NCBI GenBank assembly: GCA_017529935.1
Contig: JAFXNB010000057.1
Location: forward strand, 1-54,892
Direction: 5' to 3'
DNA: 54,892 bases
Source: Selenomonadaceae bacterium
GTDB taxonomy: Bacteria > Bacillota > Negativicutes > Selenomonadales > Selenomonadaceae
The notes beneath the pieces are model-generated. The model made no database searches and was not told the DNA's origin. It saw only the letters and a program-made list of their open reading frames with translations. Shown in pieces: positions 37,547 to 46,395 of this stretch; position 1 is the stretch's first letter; the number at the start of each line of letters is the position of its first letter. The position numbers and the translations under genes are program-made.

Positions 37547-38755
37547 ATGGCAGAAAAGATTTATTCAAGTAAAATCGTCGAGCTGGACGGTCAAGTCAAA
37601 GATTTCATCGCGGCGGCAAATATGCTCATCATGTTCGACGAGGCGATGGCTCTGCCCGAATTACGCGACGCTTACGTTATGCACACCGGCAACGAACTCA
37701 CCGGCATGATTAAACCCGGCGACGTGTACAAAATTGCGGGCAACGAATTTAAAATTATCAAAGTCGGCTCCGAAGTCCAGAAAAATTTGATGAATCTCAG
37801 TCACATTACGATTAAATTCGACGGCGGCGAGGGCGAATTGCTCGAAGGCTCCGTTCACGTCGAAAATAAACCCGTTCCCGAACTTCGCGCGGGAGAAATG
37901 ATCGAAATTTTCAACGCGGCGGACAAAAAAGTTGCTGACGGCTCGTGGCTCGGTCTCAAAGGCAAAACTGCGGTCGTAACCGGCGCGGCAAGCGGTATCG
38001 GCAAGGCTGTTGCTCAAGCTTTCCTCGATAACTGCGCAAATGTCGTCGTCTGCGACTTCAATCCCAACGAACCGGAGTTCAATCTCAACGAAAACAGCGG
38101 AAAAGTTAAATATGTCATCACAAACGTCGCTGAAACCGCAAGTGTCGAAGCAATGGTTAAGACTGCGCTTGAAACTTTCGACAAAATCGATATTCTCGTC
38201 AACAATGCCGGCATAAATATCCCCTGCTTGCTTGTCGACCCCAAAGATCCGCACGGAAAGTACGAACTCAACGAAAAAATCTACGATAAAGTCACCGGCG
38301 TTAATATTAAAGGCGTTTATCTCGTCGCGCAGGCTGTCGGTCATGAAATGGTTAAGGCTGGCGGCGGCGTTATCATCAATATGAGCAGCGAATCGGGCTT
38401 GGAAGGCTCCGAAGGTCAAAGTATCTACGCCGCGACCAAAAATGCCGTCAACAGTTTCACTCGCAGCTGGGCAAAAGAGCTTGGCAAGTACAATGTGCGC
38501 GTCGTCGGCATGGCTCCCGGCATTATGGAGGCGACCGGTCTTAGAACTTTGGCTTATGAAGAGGCTTTGGCATACACGCGCGGCATTACCGTCGACGATT
38601 TGCGCAAAGGTTACAGCTCAACCAAAACTACGCCCCTCGGACGCAGTGGAAAACTCTCCGAAGTCGCCGATGATGTCGTTTTCCTCGCAAGTGATCGCGC
38701 TTCTTACGTCGACGGCGTCACTGTGAACGTTGCGGGCGGAAAAACTCGCGGATAA
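37547..38755 (+). CDS. Fusion of PTS glucitol EIIA (SrlB) and SDR sorbitol-6-phosphate dehydrogenase (SrlD-type)
   Basis: Residues 1 to about 122 resemble SrlB (..NLMNLSHITIKFDGGEGELLEGSVHVE..). Then comes an SDR with GKTAVVTGAASGIGKA and the catalytic YAATKNAV, in a single 402-aa ORF. Confidence 0.75.
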   Translation: MAEKIYSSKIVELDGQVKDFIAAANMLIMFDEAMALPELRDAYVMHTGNELTGMIKPGDVYKIAGNEFKIIKVGSEVQKNLMNLSHITIKFDGGEGELLEGSVHVENKPVPELRAGEMIEIFNAADKKVADGSWLGLKGKTAVVTGAASGIGKAVAQAFLDNCANVVVCDFNPNEPEFNLNENSGKVKYVITNVAETASVEAMVKTALETFDKIDILVNNAGINIPCLLVDPKDPHGKYELNEKIYDKVTGVNIKGVYLVAQAVGHEMVKAGGGVIINMSSESGLEGSEGQSIYAATKNAVNSFTRSWAKELGKYNVRVVGMAPGIMEATGLRTLAYEEALAYTRGITVDDLRKGYSSTKTTPLGRSGKLSEVADDVVFLASDRASYVDGVTVNVAGGKTRG

Positions 38756-38787
38756 GCAACTTTTCCTTACCACCCCCCAAAAAATTT

Positions 38788-38826
38788 AAAAACTCTCAGG
38801 CATTGTGCTTGAGAGTTCTTTTTTTA
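38788..38826. terminator. Bidirectional intrinsic terminator between convergent genes
   Basis: AACTCTCAGG(38791-38800)/CTTGAGAGTT(38808-38817), 9 of 10 paired, A-run before and T-run after. Confidence 0.6.
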
Positions 38827-41800
38827 ATCGTCTAGAAATTTTATCGCGGCGTCTTCGCTCTGTTCGATAGCGATTTCGACCGCTTTTTTCGCTCTGAATA
38901 AAAGTTTTTCCGATTCGCGGCGCAGTTTGAACGATTCAGACACCTGCGCGGCGATTTTTTCTTGCAATTCTTCTGATACCACCGGCAACGGCAAATTTAA
39001 AACGTCTTCGTCTTTTATTACGGGATATGACGTCCCGACATTGTATTTTAACATTAATTCGCGATAAATTTTCGTCCGTAGTAAAACTTGCAACACTTCT
39101 ACTGAAAATTTTACGCTTGAACGTAAAACCGCAAATGCTCCGCTAACTAGCAAATTATTTTCGCGTAAAATCGATACCGCGCCGCGATTCGGTCGAACTT
39201 TTGATACTAAAACGTCATTTTCTCGCGTCATTATCTTTGCATTTTCGGGTAATTCGTCCGTTGAAATCTTATTCGCCACCGCTACGCCGTTTGAAATATT
39301 TACGTCGCCTATCTCAATGTAATTGTAAAAATCTGCGCGGCGGTCGCAAATATCTTTAACGAGTTTAAAAAAATCCTTCACACGTCGCCCGCTAGACAAT
39401 TCCGCTAACTTTTTTTCTATGTCGTCGTATTTTGGCTGATAAAATTCTGCGTCAAGGCGTCCGCTAAAGCCAAATGACGTGCTGAAACTTTTTATCGCGA
39501 CGTTTTCGCTACTCGGTTTAAAATTTTCCAAGTTCAATGCCGCTGACAACATTTTTTCCGCCGCGTGATAGTTTTCGTCGGCTCGCTCGCTCAATTTGAA
39601 CGCCGATTGAACGATTTCTTTTATTTTTGCCTGAAAATCTTTCGATACAATCGGAATTGGCATATTTCGTATCTTTTCCAACGATAAACCTTGCTGAACC
39701 ATGCCAGTTTTATTGCGTTGCATCCAATCTTGACCAAATTTTGAATTCAAATAAGCCAACAAGTATTCCGAGCAAATTAAATTGCATTCAAGTTTTACTC
39801 TTGCAACGTCTTGGTCGAGATTCGCAGGCAAAATTTTTTCAAAAACTAATGCGCAACAGCCAACTGTCCCTCGTGTGCTGATAATAATGTCATTTTCTTT
39901 CAATGAAGAACGTTTATTGTTATAGTCCACCCATTTTGCTACAGTTTCAGCACCGTCAATGTCTGCAAACCAATTTTTAGCATTTTTTGCCGTTAGCATG
40001 TGAATATTTGAATTGTTATCGACTTCGTGATAGCCGTGCTGTCCATCTGAGACCAAAGCTAACTCATAAATCATCATGTTTTTAAATTTTGAGACGTTTA
40101 ATTCATCATGAAGATATTTTTTTAAGAAATACTCGCTGTCGACGCGAAAATCTTTGTTCGCCGCGCAGATTGACAAGAAAATCTCTGTAAATTCAAGCTC
40201 CTCCGACAAAATTTTATATTTAGCGGCGTCGAAGGAGCTATTTTCAAAAAAACTTAAGCCCTCACGCTTTGCAAACTCAATAAAAGCCTCAGCGATGCCG
40301 TCGCGGGTCTTTCCGTCGTGATTAAAAAGGTCGTGCTTAACGATTGTGTGATTATGGTCGTCGCGCAGGAGTTTTTCGCCGTCAGTTTCCAAAATTTTCT
40401 CGCCGGAATTATCTTTTGAGGGTTCGCGCATTGTCGCAAAGAAAATTGGGTAATCATCGCGGCGCGGACAAAGTTTTTCGTCCCATTTCTGCACAAAAAG
40501 CACGCTAGTTTTCGTTCCGGTGTGCGGTTTGAAAACATTTCCGTGCAAACCGACTACAGCAAGAATTCTGCAGCGTTCAGCAATAAAATCGCGAATATAT
40601 TTATCGCTTGAGTTATTAAAACGCCCTTGCGGCAAAATAATCGCCATTCGCCCGCCAGATTTTAGAAAATTAAGGTTGCGTTCAATAAAAAGTATGTCGC
40701 GCCCGACCTTTGATTGATATTTTCCGCGAAAATTCTTGCCGAGTTCGTATTTAGTAATAATTCTGCTCTCTTTAATGTCGCCCGCGAACGGCGGATTAGC
40801 CATTACAATATCAAAATTGAAATGCGAATTGTCATTTTTAGCGGCGCGGAGTTTGCGCAAACCTTTCCAGCCGTCATTGTAAATATCTAGCCAATCTTCA
40901 TCAATAATTTCGTTCCAGCGTTCATAATCGAGCGTATTTAGGTGTAAAACGTTAGTTTTTCCGTCGCCGGCGATTAAATTCAGCATTCTAGCCACGCGAA
41001 CAGTCTTTTCATCGAAATCAATCGCGAAAATATTCTTTCTAACGTAGTCTTCGCACTCTTGCGGCTTAATTTCGAGGCTAAAAAGATGACTTTGCGGGAT
41101 ATTTTTTGCGGCTAAAATGTTTTTCCATACAAAAAAAGTGGTATGAACGGGAAAACCGCACGAACCAGCCGCAGTATCGATCATAGTTTCGTTAATTTTA
41201 GGATTTAGCATGCGAACGCACATATCAATAACGTAACGCGGCGTAAAAAATTGCCCTTTCTCGCCTTTTTGCGATTTAGTCATCAAATATTCAAAAGCGT
41301 CGTCGATAACGTCGAGATTTGAGTTAAAAAGCTTCACATTTTGCAGAGAGGACACGCAAATAGCCAAATGCGACGGCGTGAGCTTAATTTTATCATCTTC
41401 GGCGAATATTCCCGCCCATTTTTGCTTTGCGCGGTCGAAAAGTTCTTGAATAGTTTCTTTTAATTGGCTATCGCTCTCTCCGTAGTTCCAAAACTCCAAA
41501 ATTCTGGATTTATCGCGCCCGCCGAGCATTTCGTCGAAAAGTTTAGTATAAATCAGCTTAAAAACCTCTTCAAAAACGTCGACTCCGGCATTAGCGAGCA
41601 CTTCGTCTTCAAGTTCGCGGATTAAATCGGCTAGAGTTTTATTTTCGCGCAAAAGTTTATCATCGGCGATTAAATTAGCGATAGTGCGGCGTTCGCGGAG
41701 AATATCTTTTAATTTTTGCCCGGATTTAGGAATATCTGGAATATCTTCAAAGTAATTCGGGTCTTTTCGGTGATAAAAAGAGATTTTTTCGCCGTTAGAC

Positions 41801-42216
41801 CAAACGCCCATAGTTGAACCGGTCGCGTTGCAGTAAGATTTGAGCTGTTCTTTGCCGTCTTTGAGCTTAGGCTTCTTAACTTCGACGATAATATATTCGA
41901 CAGTCGGATTATTCGGTTCAAAAATGACAATATCGGCGCGTTTAGTCTCTCTACCGAATTTAATTGGGTGTTCGACAGCCATTTGAGCGATTTTATAGCC
42001 GTAATCGTCGATTAATTTGCGAATAAACATTTGTCGAACGGCTTCTTCTGGCGTGAGGCGAATTTCTTTGCCGCGAACGAGGCATTTAATAAAAAAAGTG
42101 GGTTTACCGCGAATAATTTTGGTATAAGCATTAGTTTCGAGGAAATTTATTTGCGCTGGGGAGAAAATAGTAGATTTGTGAGTTGAATCGGAGAAAAATT
42201 TATCAGAAACGAGCAT
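38824..42216 (-). CDS. Single-chain R-M-S restriction-modification enzyme (type IIB/IIG-like): PD-ExK nuclease plus N6-adenine MTase plus two HsdS-like TRDs
   Basis: Nuclease ..ADIVIFEP..EYIIVEVKKPK. MTase motif I IDTAAGSCGF and motif IV VMANPPFAG. There are two C-terminal TRD/conserved-helix units. The start is placed at ATG 42216 (MLVSDKF..) behind GGAGGTGG. ATG 42243 in the ORF track lacks an SD. Confidence 0.8.
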   Translation of the reverse strand: MLVSDKFFSDSTHKSTIFSPAQINFLETNAYTKIIRGKPTFFIKCLVRGKEIRLTPEEAVRQMFIRKLIDDYGYKIAQMAVEHPIKFGRETKRADIVIFEPNNPTVEYIIVEVKKPKLKDGKEQLKSYCNATGSTMGVWSNGEKISFYHRKDPNYFEDIPDIPKSGQKLKDILRERRTIANLIADDKLLRENKTLADLIRELEDEVLANAGVDVFEEVFKLIYTKLFDEMLGGRDKSRILEFWNYGESDSQLKETIQELFDRAKQKWAGIFAEDDKIKLTPSHLAICVSSLQNVKLFNSNLDVIDDAFEYLMTKSQKGEKGQFFTPRYVIDMCVRMLNPKINETMIDTAAGSCGFPVHTTFFVWKNILAAKNIPQSHLFSLEIKPQECEDYVRKNIFAIDFDEKTVRVARMLNLIAGDGKTNVLHLNTLDYERWNEIIDEDWLDIYNDGWKGLRKLRAAKNDNSHFNFDIVMANPPFAGDIKESRIITKYELGKNFRGKYQSKVGRDILFIERNLNFLKSGGRMAIILPQGRFNNSSDKYIRDFIAERCRILAVVGLHGNVFKPHTGTKTSVLFVQKWDEKLCPRRDDYPIFFATMREPSKDNSGEKILETDGEKLLRDDHNHTIVKHDLFNHDGKTRDGIAEAFIEFAKREGLSFFENSSFDAAKYKILSEELEFTEIFLSICAANKDFRVDSEYFLKKYLHDELNVSKFKNMMIYELALVSDGQHGYHEVDNNSNIHMLTAKNAKNWFADIDGAETVAKWVDYNNKRSSLKENDIIISTRGTVGCCALVFEKILPANLDQDVARVKLECNLICSEYLLAYLNSKFGQDWMQRNKTGMVQQGLSLEKIRNMPIPIVSKDFQAKIKEIVQSAFKLSERADENYHAAEKMLSAALNLENFKPSSENVAIKSFSTSFGFSGRLDAEFYQPKYDDIEKKLAELSSGRRVKDFFKLVKDICDRRADFYNYIEIGDVNISNGVAVANKISTDELPENAKIMTRENDVLVSKVRPNRGAVSILRENNLLVSGAFAVLRSSVKFSVEVLQVLLRTKIYRELMLKYNVGTSYPVIKDEDVLNLPLPVVSEELQEKIAAQVSESFKLRRESEKLLFRAKKAVEIAIEQSEDAAIKFLDD

Positions 42217-42277
42217 CAGACCACCTCCAAACGTTTTTTCCATTATAAATCATGCGTCAAGAGCAAAATTATTGTTT

Positions 42278-42414
42278 GAAATCGTTTTGAAGTGGTTTTG
42301 AGCGTCTGAAACCGGTTTGAAGTGGTTTTGAGCGTCTGAAACCGGTTTGAAGTGGTTTTGAGCGTCTGAAACCGTTTTGAAGTGATTTTGAGCGTCTGAA
42401 ACCGGTTTTGAGGT
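42278..42414. repeat. About 4.5 tandem copies of a 30-bp unit (GAAACCGGTTTGAAGTGGTTTTGAGCGTCT)
   Basis: Copies lie at 42278-42307, 42308-42337, 42338-42367 (identical to the previous copy), 42368-42397, with a partial copy at 42398-42414. Each unit contains two GGTTT(T)GA(A/G) sub-repeats 10 nt apart. Confidence 0.95.
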
Positions 42415-42468
42415 CGATTTTTGGGCGCGATTTACATTTTCCACGTACATGGAATTTGTAAAACGGGC

Positions 42469-42500
42469 AAAAAAAAATCCCTCGACGGGCAGTTGAGGGG
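42469..42500 (-). terminator. Intrinsic terminator after the histidine kinase gene
   Basis: Minus-strand stem CCCTCAAC/GTCGAGGG with one mismatch, followed by T9. Confidence 0.6.
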
Positions 42501-42505
42501 TAAAT

Positions 42506-43798
42506 TTATTTTTTTAGGTTAGCTTTAAGCTCGACGGTGAATTTTGTACCTTCGCCGAACTGGGAAATGACAGAAATTTTCCCGTCGTGAAGTTTGGCGA
42601 TTTCGGCGGCGATAGCAAGTCCAAGCCCGTTGCCGCCCATTTCGCGCGAGCGTGCTTTGTCGACGCGGTAAAATCTCTCGAAAACCTTATCCAAATTTTC
42701 GGGCGCGATGCCGACGCCGTTATCGATTACGGAAAAAATCGCGCGGGCGTCGTCAGCCTTTTCCAACTTAACGAGCACCGCGCCGCCTTCGGGCGTGTAT
42801 TTAATCGCGTTGTCGACCAAAATTATCGCCAGCTGTTTAATTTTCTGTTCGTCAGCGTTAATCATGGCTTTGCGGAAATTTTCGCCGCCGAGCCGGATAT
42901 TTTTTTTCTCAGCGATTGGCGTCATCGTTCGGATAACTTGCTTTAAAATTTCCGTCAAATCGAGCCGCTGAATTTTAAATTTGAGCGCGTTGTTATCGGA
43001 GCGGGCGACCATTAGCAAATCGCTGACCAAATTTGTCATTTTCTTGACTTCGCTCTTTAAATCTTCCAAAACTTGCCGCAAGAACGGATTTTGTATCGAC
43101 GGATCCGCCAAAAGCAAATCCGCTGACGCCATGACGACTGCCAGCGGCGTTCTAAGTTCGTGCGAGGCGTCCGCCGCGAATTGTTTCTGCTTGTCGTAGG
43201 CTTCCTTGAGCGGCACCAACGCCCTGCCCGCCATGTAGTAGCCGATTGCCGAGGCGATTAGCACCGCGACGAAACCCAGCAAGACTTGCGCGTAAGTTGC
43301 CTTTTGAAGTCCCGAATAAAGTGCGGTGACATCTTTGCCGACGTAAAGCGTTTGGACGGCGTTATCCGTGACAATTTTTTTTGAAGTCATCATCACGGTT
43401 GAAAGTTGCCCGGTCTCGTTGGAGTGGCGGAAAACTTCGACTTCGCCCTCGTCAATGTCCCAGCTTTCGATAACGTCAAGCACGAATTGCTCCAGCCTGA
43501 ACGACGCCCGCTCAAAACGCACCAACTGCTTATCCGCGTTGAAAATGTAGAAAAATAATCGGTCGTTGACGCTTTTGTAGTAGCGATTTTCGTCGACGGC
43601 GGCATTTGGATTCTTCAAATAAAAAGTTTGCGTTTCAGCCACGCCGCTTGCCGCGTCCGATAGCTCCTGCGCCTGTTCGGAAAACATTGACTAGTTCATT
43701 GCCATATGCACGACGAAAATTATTAACGCCATGAAAAGGCACATGATAAGCGCGTAGGCAAAGGCTAATTGTTTGCGACTGCGCCCAAAAATTTCCAT
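42506..43798 (-). pseudogene. Sensor histidine kinase with an in-frame TAG at codon 36 (43693-43691)
   Basis: ATG 43798 overlaps the regulator stop (TAATG) and encodes MEIFGRSRKQLAFAYALIMCLFMALIIFVVHMAMN (TM1). This is followed by TAG, TCA, then ATG 43687 in the same frame. Also present are the H-box ADASHELRTPL and the G-box GGNGLGLAIA. Confidence 0.65.
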
Positions 43799-44472
43799 TA
43801 TGCCTCCAAACGATAGCCGATACCGCGCACAGTTTTAATCGAAATGCTCCCGTCGACTTCCATGAGTTTCTTGCGCAAAATTTTCATGTAGGAATCGATG
43901 TTGTTGGAAGTTATATCGCGTTCAAGCCCCCAAATTCGGTCGAGGATAATATCGCGGGGCACGACGACGCCGAGATTTTGCGCCAGCAGGTCAAAGATTT
44001 GGAATTCGCGCGGAGACAGCTGGATAACTTGATCGTGCTTCTTTAAAATTTTAGTCGTGCGGTTTAGTGTGAAGTCGCCGATTTCGATAACTTCCTGCTG
44101 AATTATTTGCGTGGAGCGTCTGCCGAGTGCGCGGAGCCGAGCTAAAAGTTCATCGAATTCAAACGGCTTGACAAGATAATCGTCCGCGCCGGCGTCCAAG
44201 CCCATAACGCGATCTTCCACGGTGTCTTTGGCGGTGAGCATGATAATCGCCCGTTCGTAGCCAGCCTCGCGCAGTTGCCGGCAAGCCTCAAGCCCGCTGA
44301 CATTTGGCATCATCCAATCCAAAATCAAAATGTCGTATTCGGAGTACATGGCGTATTCAAAAATGTCCGCGCCGTTTGTTATCCACTCGACGTTGAATTT
44401 ATTTTGCTGGAGCATGTACTCAATCAATTTGCCGAGGCGGCTGTCGTCTTCGGCGAGCAGAATTCTCATCAT
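43798..44472 (-). CDS. OmpR/PhoB-family response regulator
   Basis: Receiver MMRILLAEDDS..ILDWMMP. Winged helix ..LSPREFQIFDLL..VRGIGYRLE. The start ATG 44472 is 10 nt after GGGAG. Confidence 0.85.
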   Translation of the reverse strand: MMRILLAEDDSRLGKLIEYMLQQNKFNVEWITNGADIFEYAMYSEYDILILDWMMPNVSGLEACRQLREAGYERAIIMLTAKDTVEDRVMGLDAGADDYLVKPFEFDELLARLRALGRRSTQIIQQEVIEIGDFTLNRTTKILKKHDQVIQLSPREFQIFDLLAQNLGVVVPRDIILDRIWGLERDITSNNIDSYMKILRKKLMEVDGSISIKTVRGIGYRLEA

Positions 44473-44480
44473 CTGTTTAT

Positions 44481-44533
44481 CACTCCCGAAAATTTTTTCA
44501 TGATTATAACAGGTAATTTCAAAAAGCACAATT
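44481..44533 (-). promoter_or_regulatory. Promoter/5'-leader copy A (upstream of the response regulator)
   Basis: A 53-nt block near-identical to 46290-46342. On the minus strand it contains the extended -10 TGTTATAAT (TATAAT 44508-44503) and the SD GGGAG. Confidence 0.55.
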
Positions 44534-44559
44534 TAACGGGCGCAAATTTCACAACGTCA

Positions 44560-44590
44560 AATAAAAAAGCCCTGACTTTTCGCCAAGGTT
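44560..44590 (-). terminator. Intrinsic terminator after the ABC transporter gene
   Basis: Minus-strand stem CCUUGGC/GUCAGGG (with G-U pairs) followed by CTTTTTTATTT. Confidence 0.45.
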
Positions 44591-44600
44591 AATTTTCTTT

Positions 44601-46280
44601 TCAAATTGTCCTCAACTTCCAACTGCCGCCGCTTAAATTTAATTCTTTGTCGTGCAGTGCGAAAAGAGTTGAACGATGACCCACGCTTACAATTCCGGCG
44701 TTCGGCAAATGTTTTCTTATTAAGTCGTACATGATTTTTTCTCGCGGCTCGTCCAATGCCGAAGTTGATTCGTCCAAGAAAATCCAATTCGGCTTGAACA
44801 AAAGCACTCGCGCAAATGCAATCCGCTGTTGTTCGCCCAATGAAAGTATCCTGCTCCAATCGTCTGTTTCGTCGAGCCTGTCTGTGAATTTTTCCAAATC
44901 CGTCAAGCGCAAAACTTCTTTGATTTTTTCGTCGGAATTCGGCTCCGCTTCAAGCGGATAATAAATCGTTTGGCGTAAAGTTCCGAGCGGCAAATACGGG
45001 TGTTGCGATAAAAATAATTTCCCGACTTTTCCGGACGAGAAAATTTTTCCGCTGCCGAAAGGCCATATTCCCGAAATTGTTCGGAGCAAAGTCGATTTTC
45101 CGCAACCGGAGCCGCCGGTAATCAAAAGCCGCGTGCCCCGCGTCAATTCGATATTGCAATCTTTCAGCAAAGTTTGTCCGTTCGGCAAAGCAACTTGTAA
45201 ATTTTCCGCAGAAAAATTTTCGTCGGGAACTTTGATTTGTTCGACTTCGCTTTTAATCGAAAGAGCCTTTTCCATGTTGTCGGTGAACTCGGAAAGACGG
45301 CGCACAACCGATGCCAATGCCGCCAAAGATTCATAAGCGTCTACAAAAAAGTTCAAGGAATTTCTCAGCTGTTCAAATGCGGCGATGGTTTCCATTAAGC
45401 CGCCAAATTGAATTTCTCCCGAAAAAAATTTCGGCGTGGCAACTATTATCGGCGCGACGTTCCCGACCTGCCCATAAGAATTTGTGTAAAAGTCCAACAG
45501 CTTATTTCGCCGCATAAGTTTCCAATAATTTGAAATGACGTTCGCAAAACGCTCTTGAAAATTTTTCTTCTCGACCTCTTCGCCGCCGTAAAAGGCAATG
45601 CTCTCCGAATTTTCACGGACACGCATCATGCTGAAACGAAAATCCGCCTCGTAACGTTGTTGATTAAAATTCAGCGGTATGAGTTCGCGACCGATAATGT
45701 GCGTCAAAAAAGTTCCGACAGCCGCGTAAATCAAACAGCACCAAACCATATAGCCCTGAATTTCCACGCCGAAAATTTCTATCGCGCCGGACAATTCCCA
45801 TAACACGGTAGCAAATGCAAACAAACTTGCCAGCCTTCGAGTAATTCCGCTCAAAAGTGACATCGTTATCGCGACAAATTGTTCAATGTCTTCGGAAATT
45901 CGCTGGTCGGGGTTATCGGTTTTGCCGCCCGAAACTTGTATTCGATAATAAGCCTGATTTTTCATCCACTTATCAACGTATTGCGTCGTCATCCATGTAC
46001 GCCATTTTATATGCAACATTTTTGTCAAGTAAACCATGTAGGTTGCAATCAACGTGAACACCGCCGCCAAAATTATAAATTCCGACAGCTTTGACCAAAA
46101 AGTTGCCAAGTCTCGATTTTCCAAGACATTAAAAAATTCTCCGTTCCAATGAACGACCCGAACTTCAATCGCGACCATTGCCAAATTCATCGCAATCACT
46201 ATGACGAAAAGTCCGCGCGCCTTCCATTTTTCTTCAGAGCACCAATAGCCCTTGAAAAGGTTCCAAAATGCTTTAATCAT
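44601..46280 (-). CDS. Fused permease-ATPase ABC transporter, YddA/SbmA-BacA-like
   Basis: Walker A GGSGCGKST, signature LSLGEQQRIAFARV, Walker B IFLDESTSALD. The start ATG 46280 (MIKAFWNL..) is 9 nt after GGGAGGTG. Confidence 0.8.
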   Translation of the reverse strand: MIKAFWNLFKGYWCSEEKWKARGLFVIVIAMNLAMVAIEVRVVHWNGEFFNVLENRDLATFWSKLSEFIILAAVFTLIATYMVYLTKMLHIKWRTWMTTQYVDKWMKNQAYYRIQVSGGKTDNPDQRISEDIEQFVAITMSLLSGITRRLASLFAFATVLWELSGAIEIFGVEIQGYMVWCCLIYAAVGTFLTHIIGRELIPLNFNQQRYEADFRFSMMRVRENSESIAFYGGEEVEKKNFQERFANVISNYWKLMRRNKLLDFYTNSYGQVGNVAPIIVATPKFFSGEIQFGGLMETIAAFEQLRNSLNFFVDAYESLAALASVVRRLSEFTDNMEKALSIKSEVEQIKVPDENFSAENLQVALPNGQTLLKDCNIELTRGTRLLITGGSGCGKSTLLRTISGIWPFGSGKIFSSGKVGKLFLSQHPYLPLGTLRQTIYYPLEAEPNSDEKIKEVLRLTDLEKFTDRLDETDDWSRILSLGEQQRIAFARVLLFKPNWIFLDESTSALDEPREKIMYDLIRKHLPNAGIVSVGHRSTLFALHDKELNLSGGSWKLRTI

Positions 46281-46289
46281 TAGTCCGGG

Positions 46290-46342
46290 CACCTCCCGAA
46301 AATTTTTTCATGATTATAACAGGTATTTCAAAAAGCACAATT
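46290..46342 (-). promoter_or_regulatory. Promoter/5'-leader copy B (upstream of the ABC transporter)
   Basis: The same block as 44481-44533 with one indel and a few substitutions. TATAAT lies at 46318-46313. Confidence 0.55.
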
Positions 46343-46395
46343 CAAGCGTTGATATTGGCGGCGTCAACTTCTATAATGGAGAAAAATTTTTTTTT

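Noticed and set aside
42250-42450. 66-aa minus-strand ORF with ..PVSDAQNHFK.. repeated four times
   Set aside because: It is a translation artefact of the 30-bp tandem DNA repeat. There is no SD before its ATG, and it lies between a terminator and the R-M-S promoter region.
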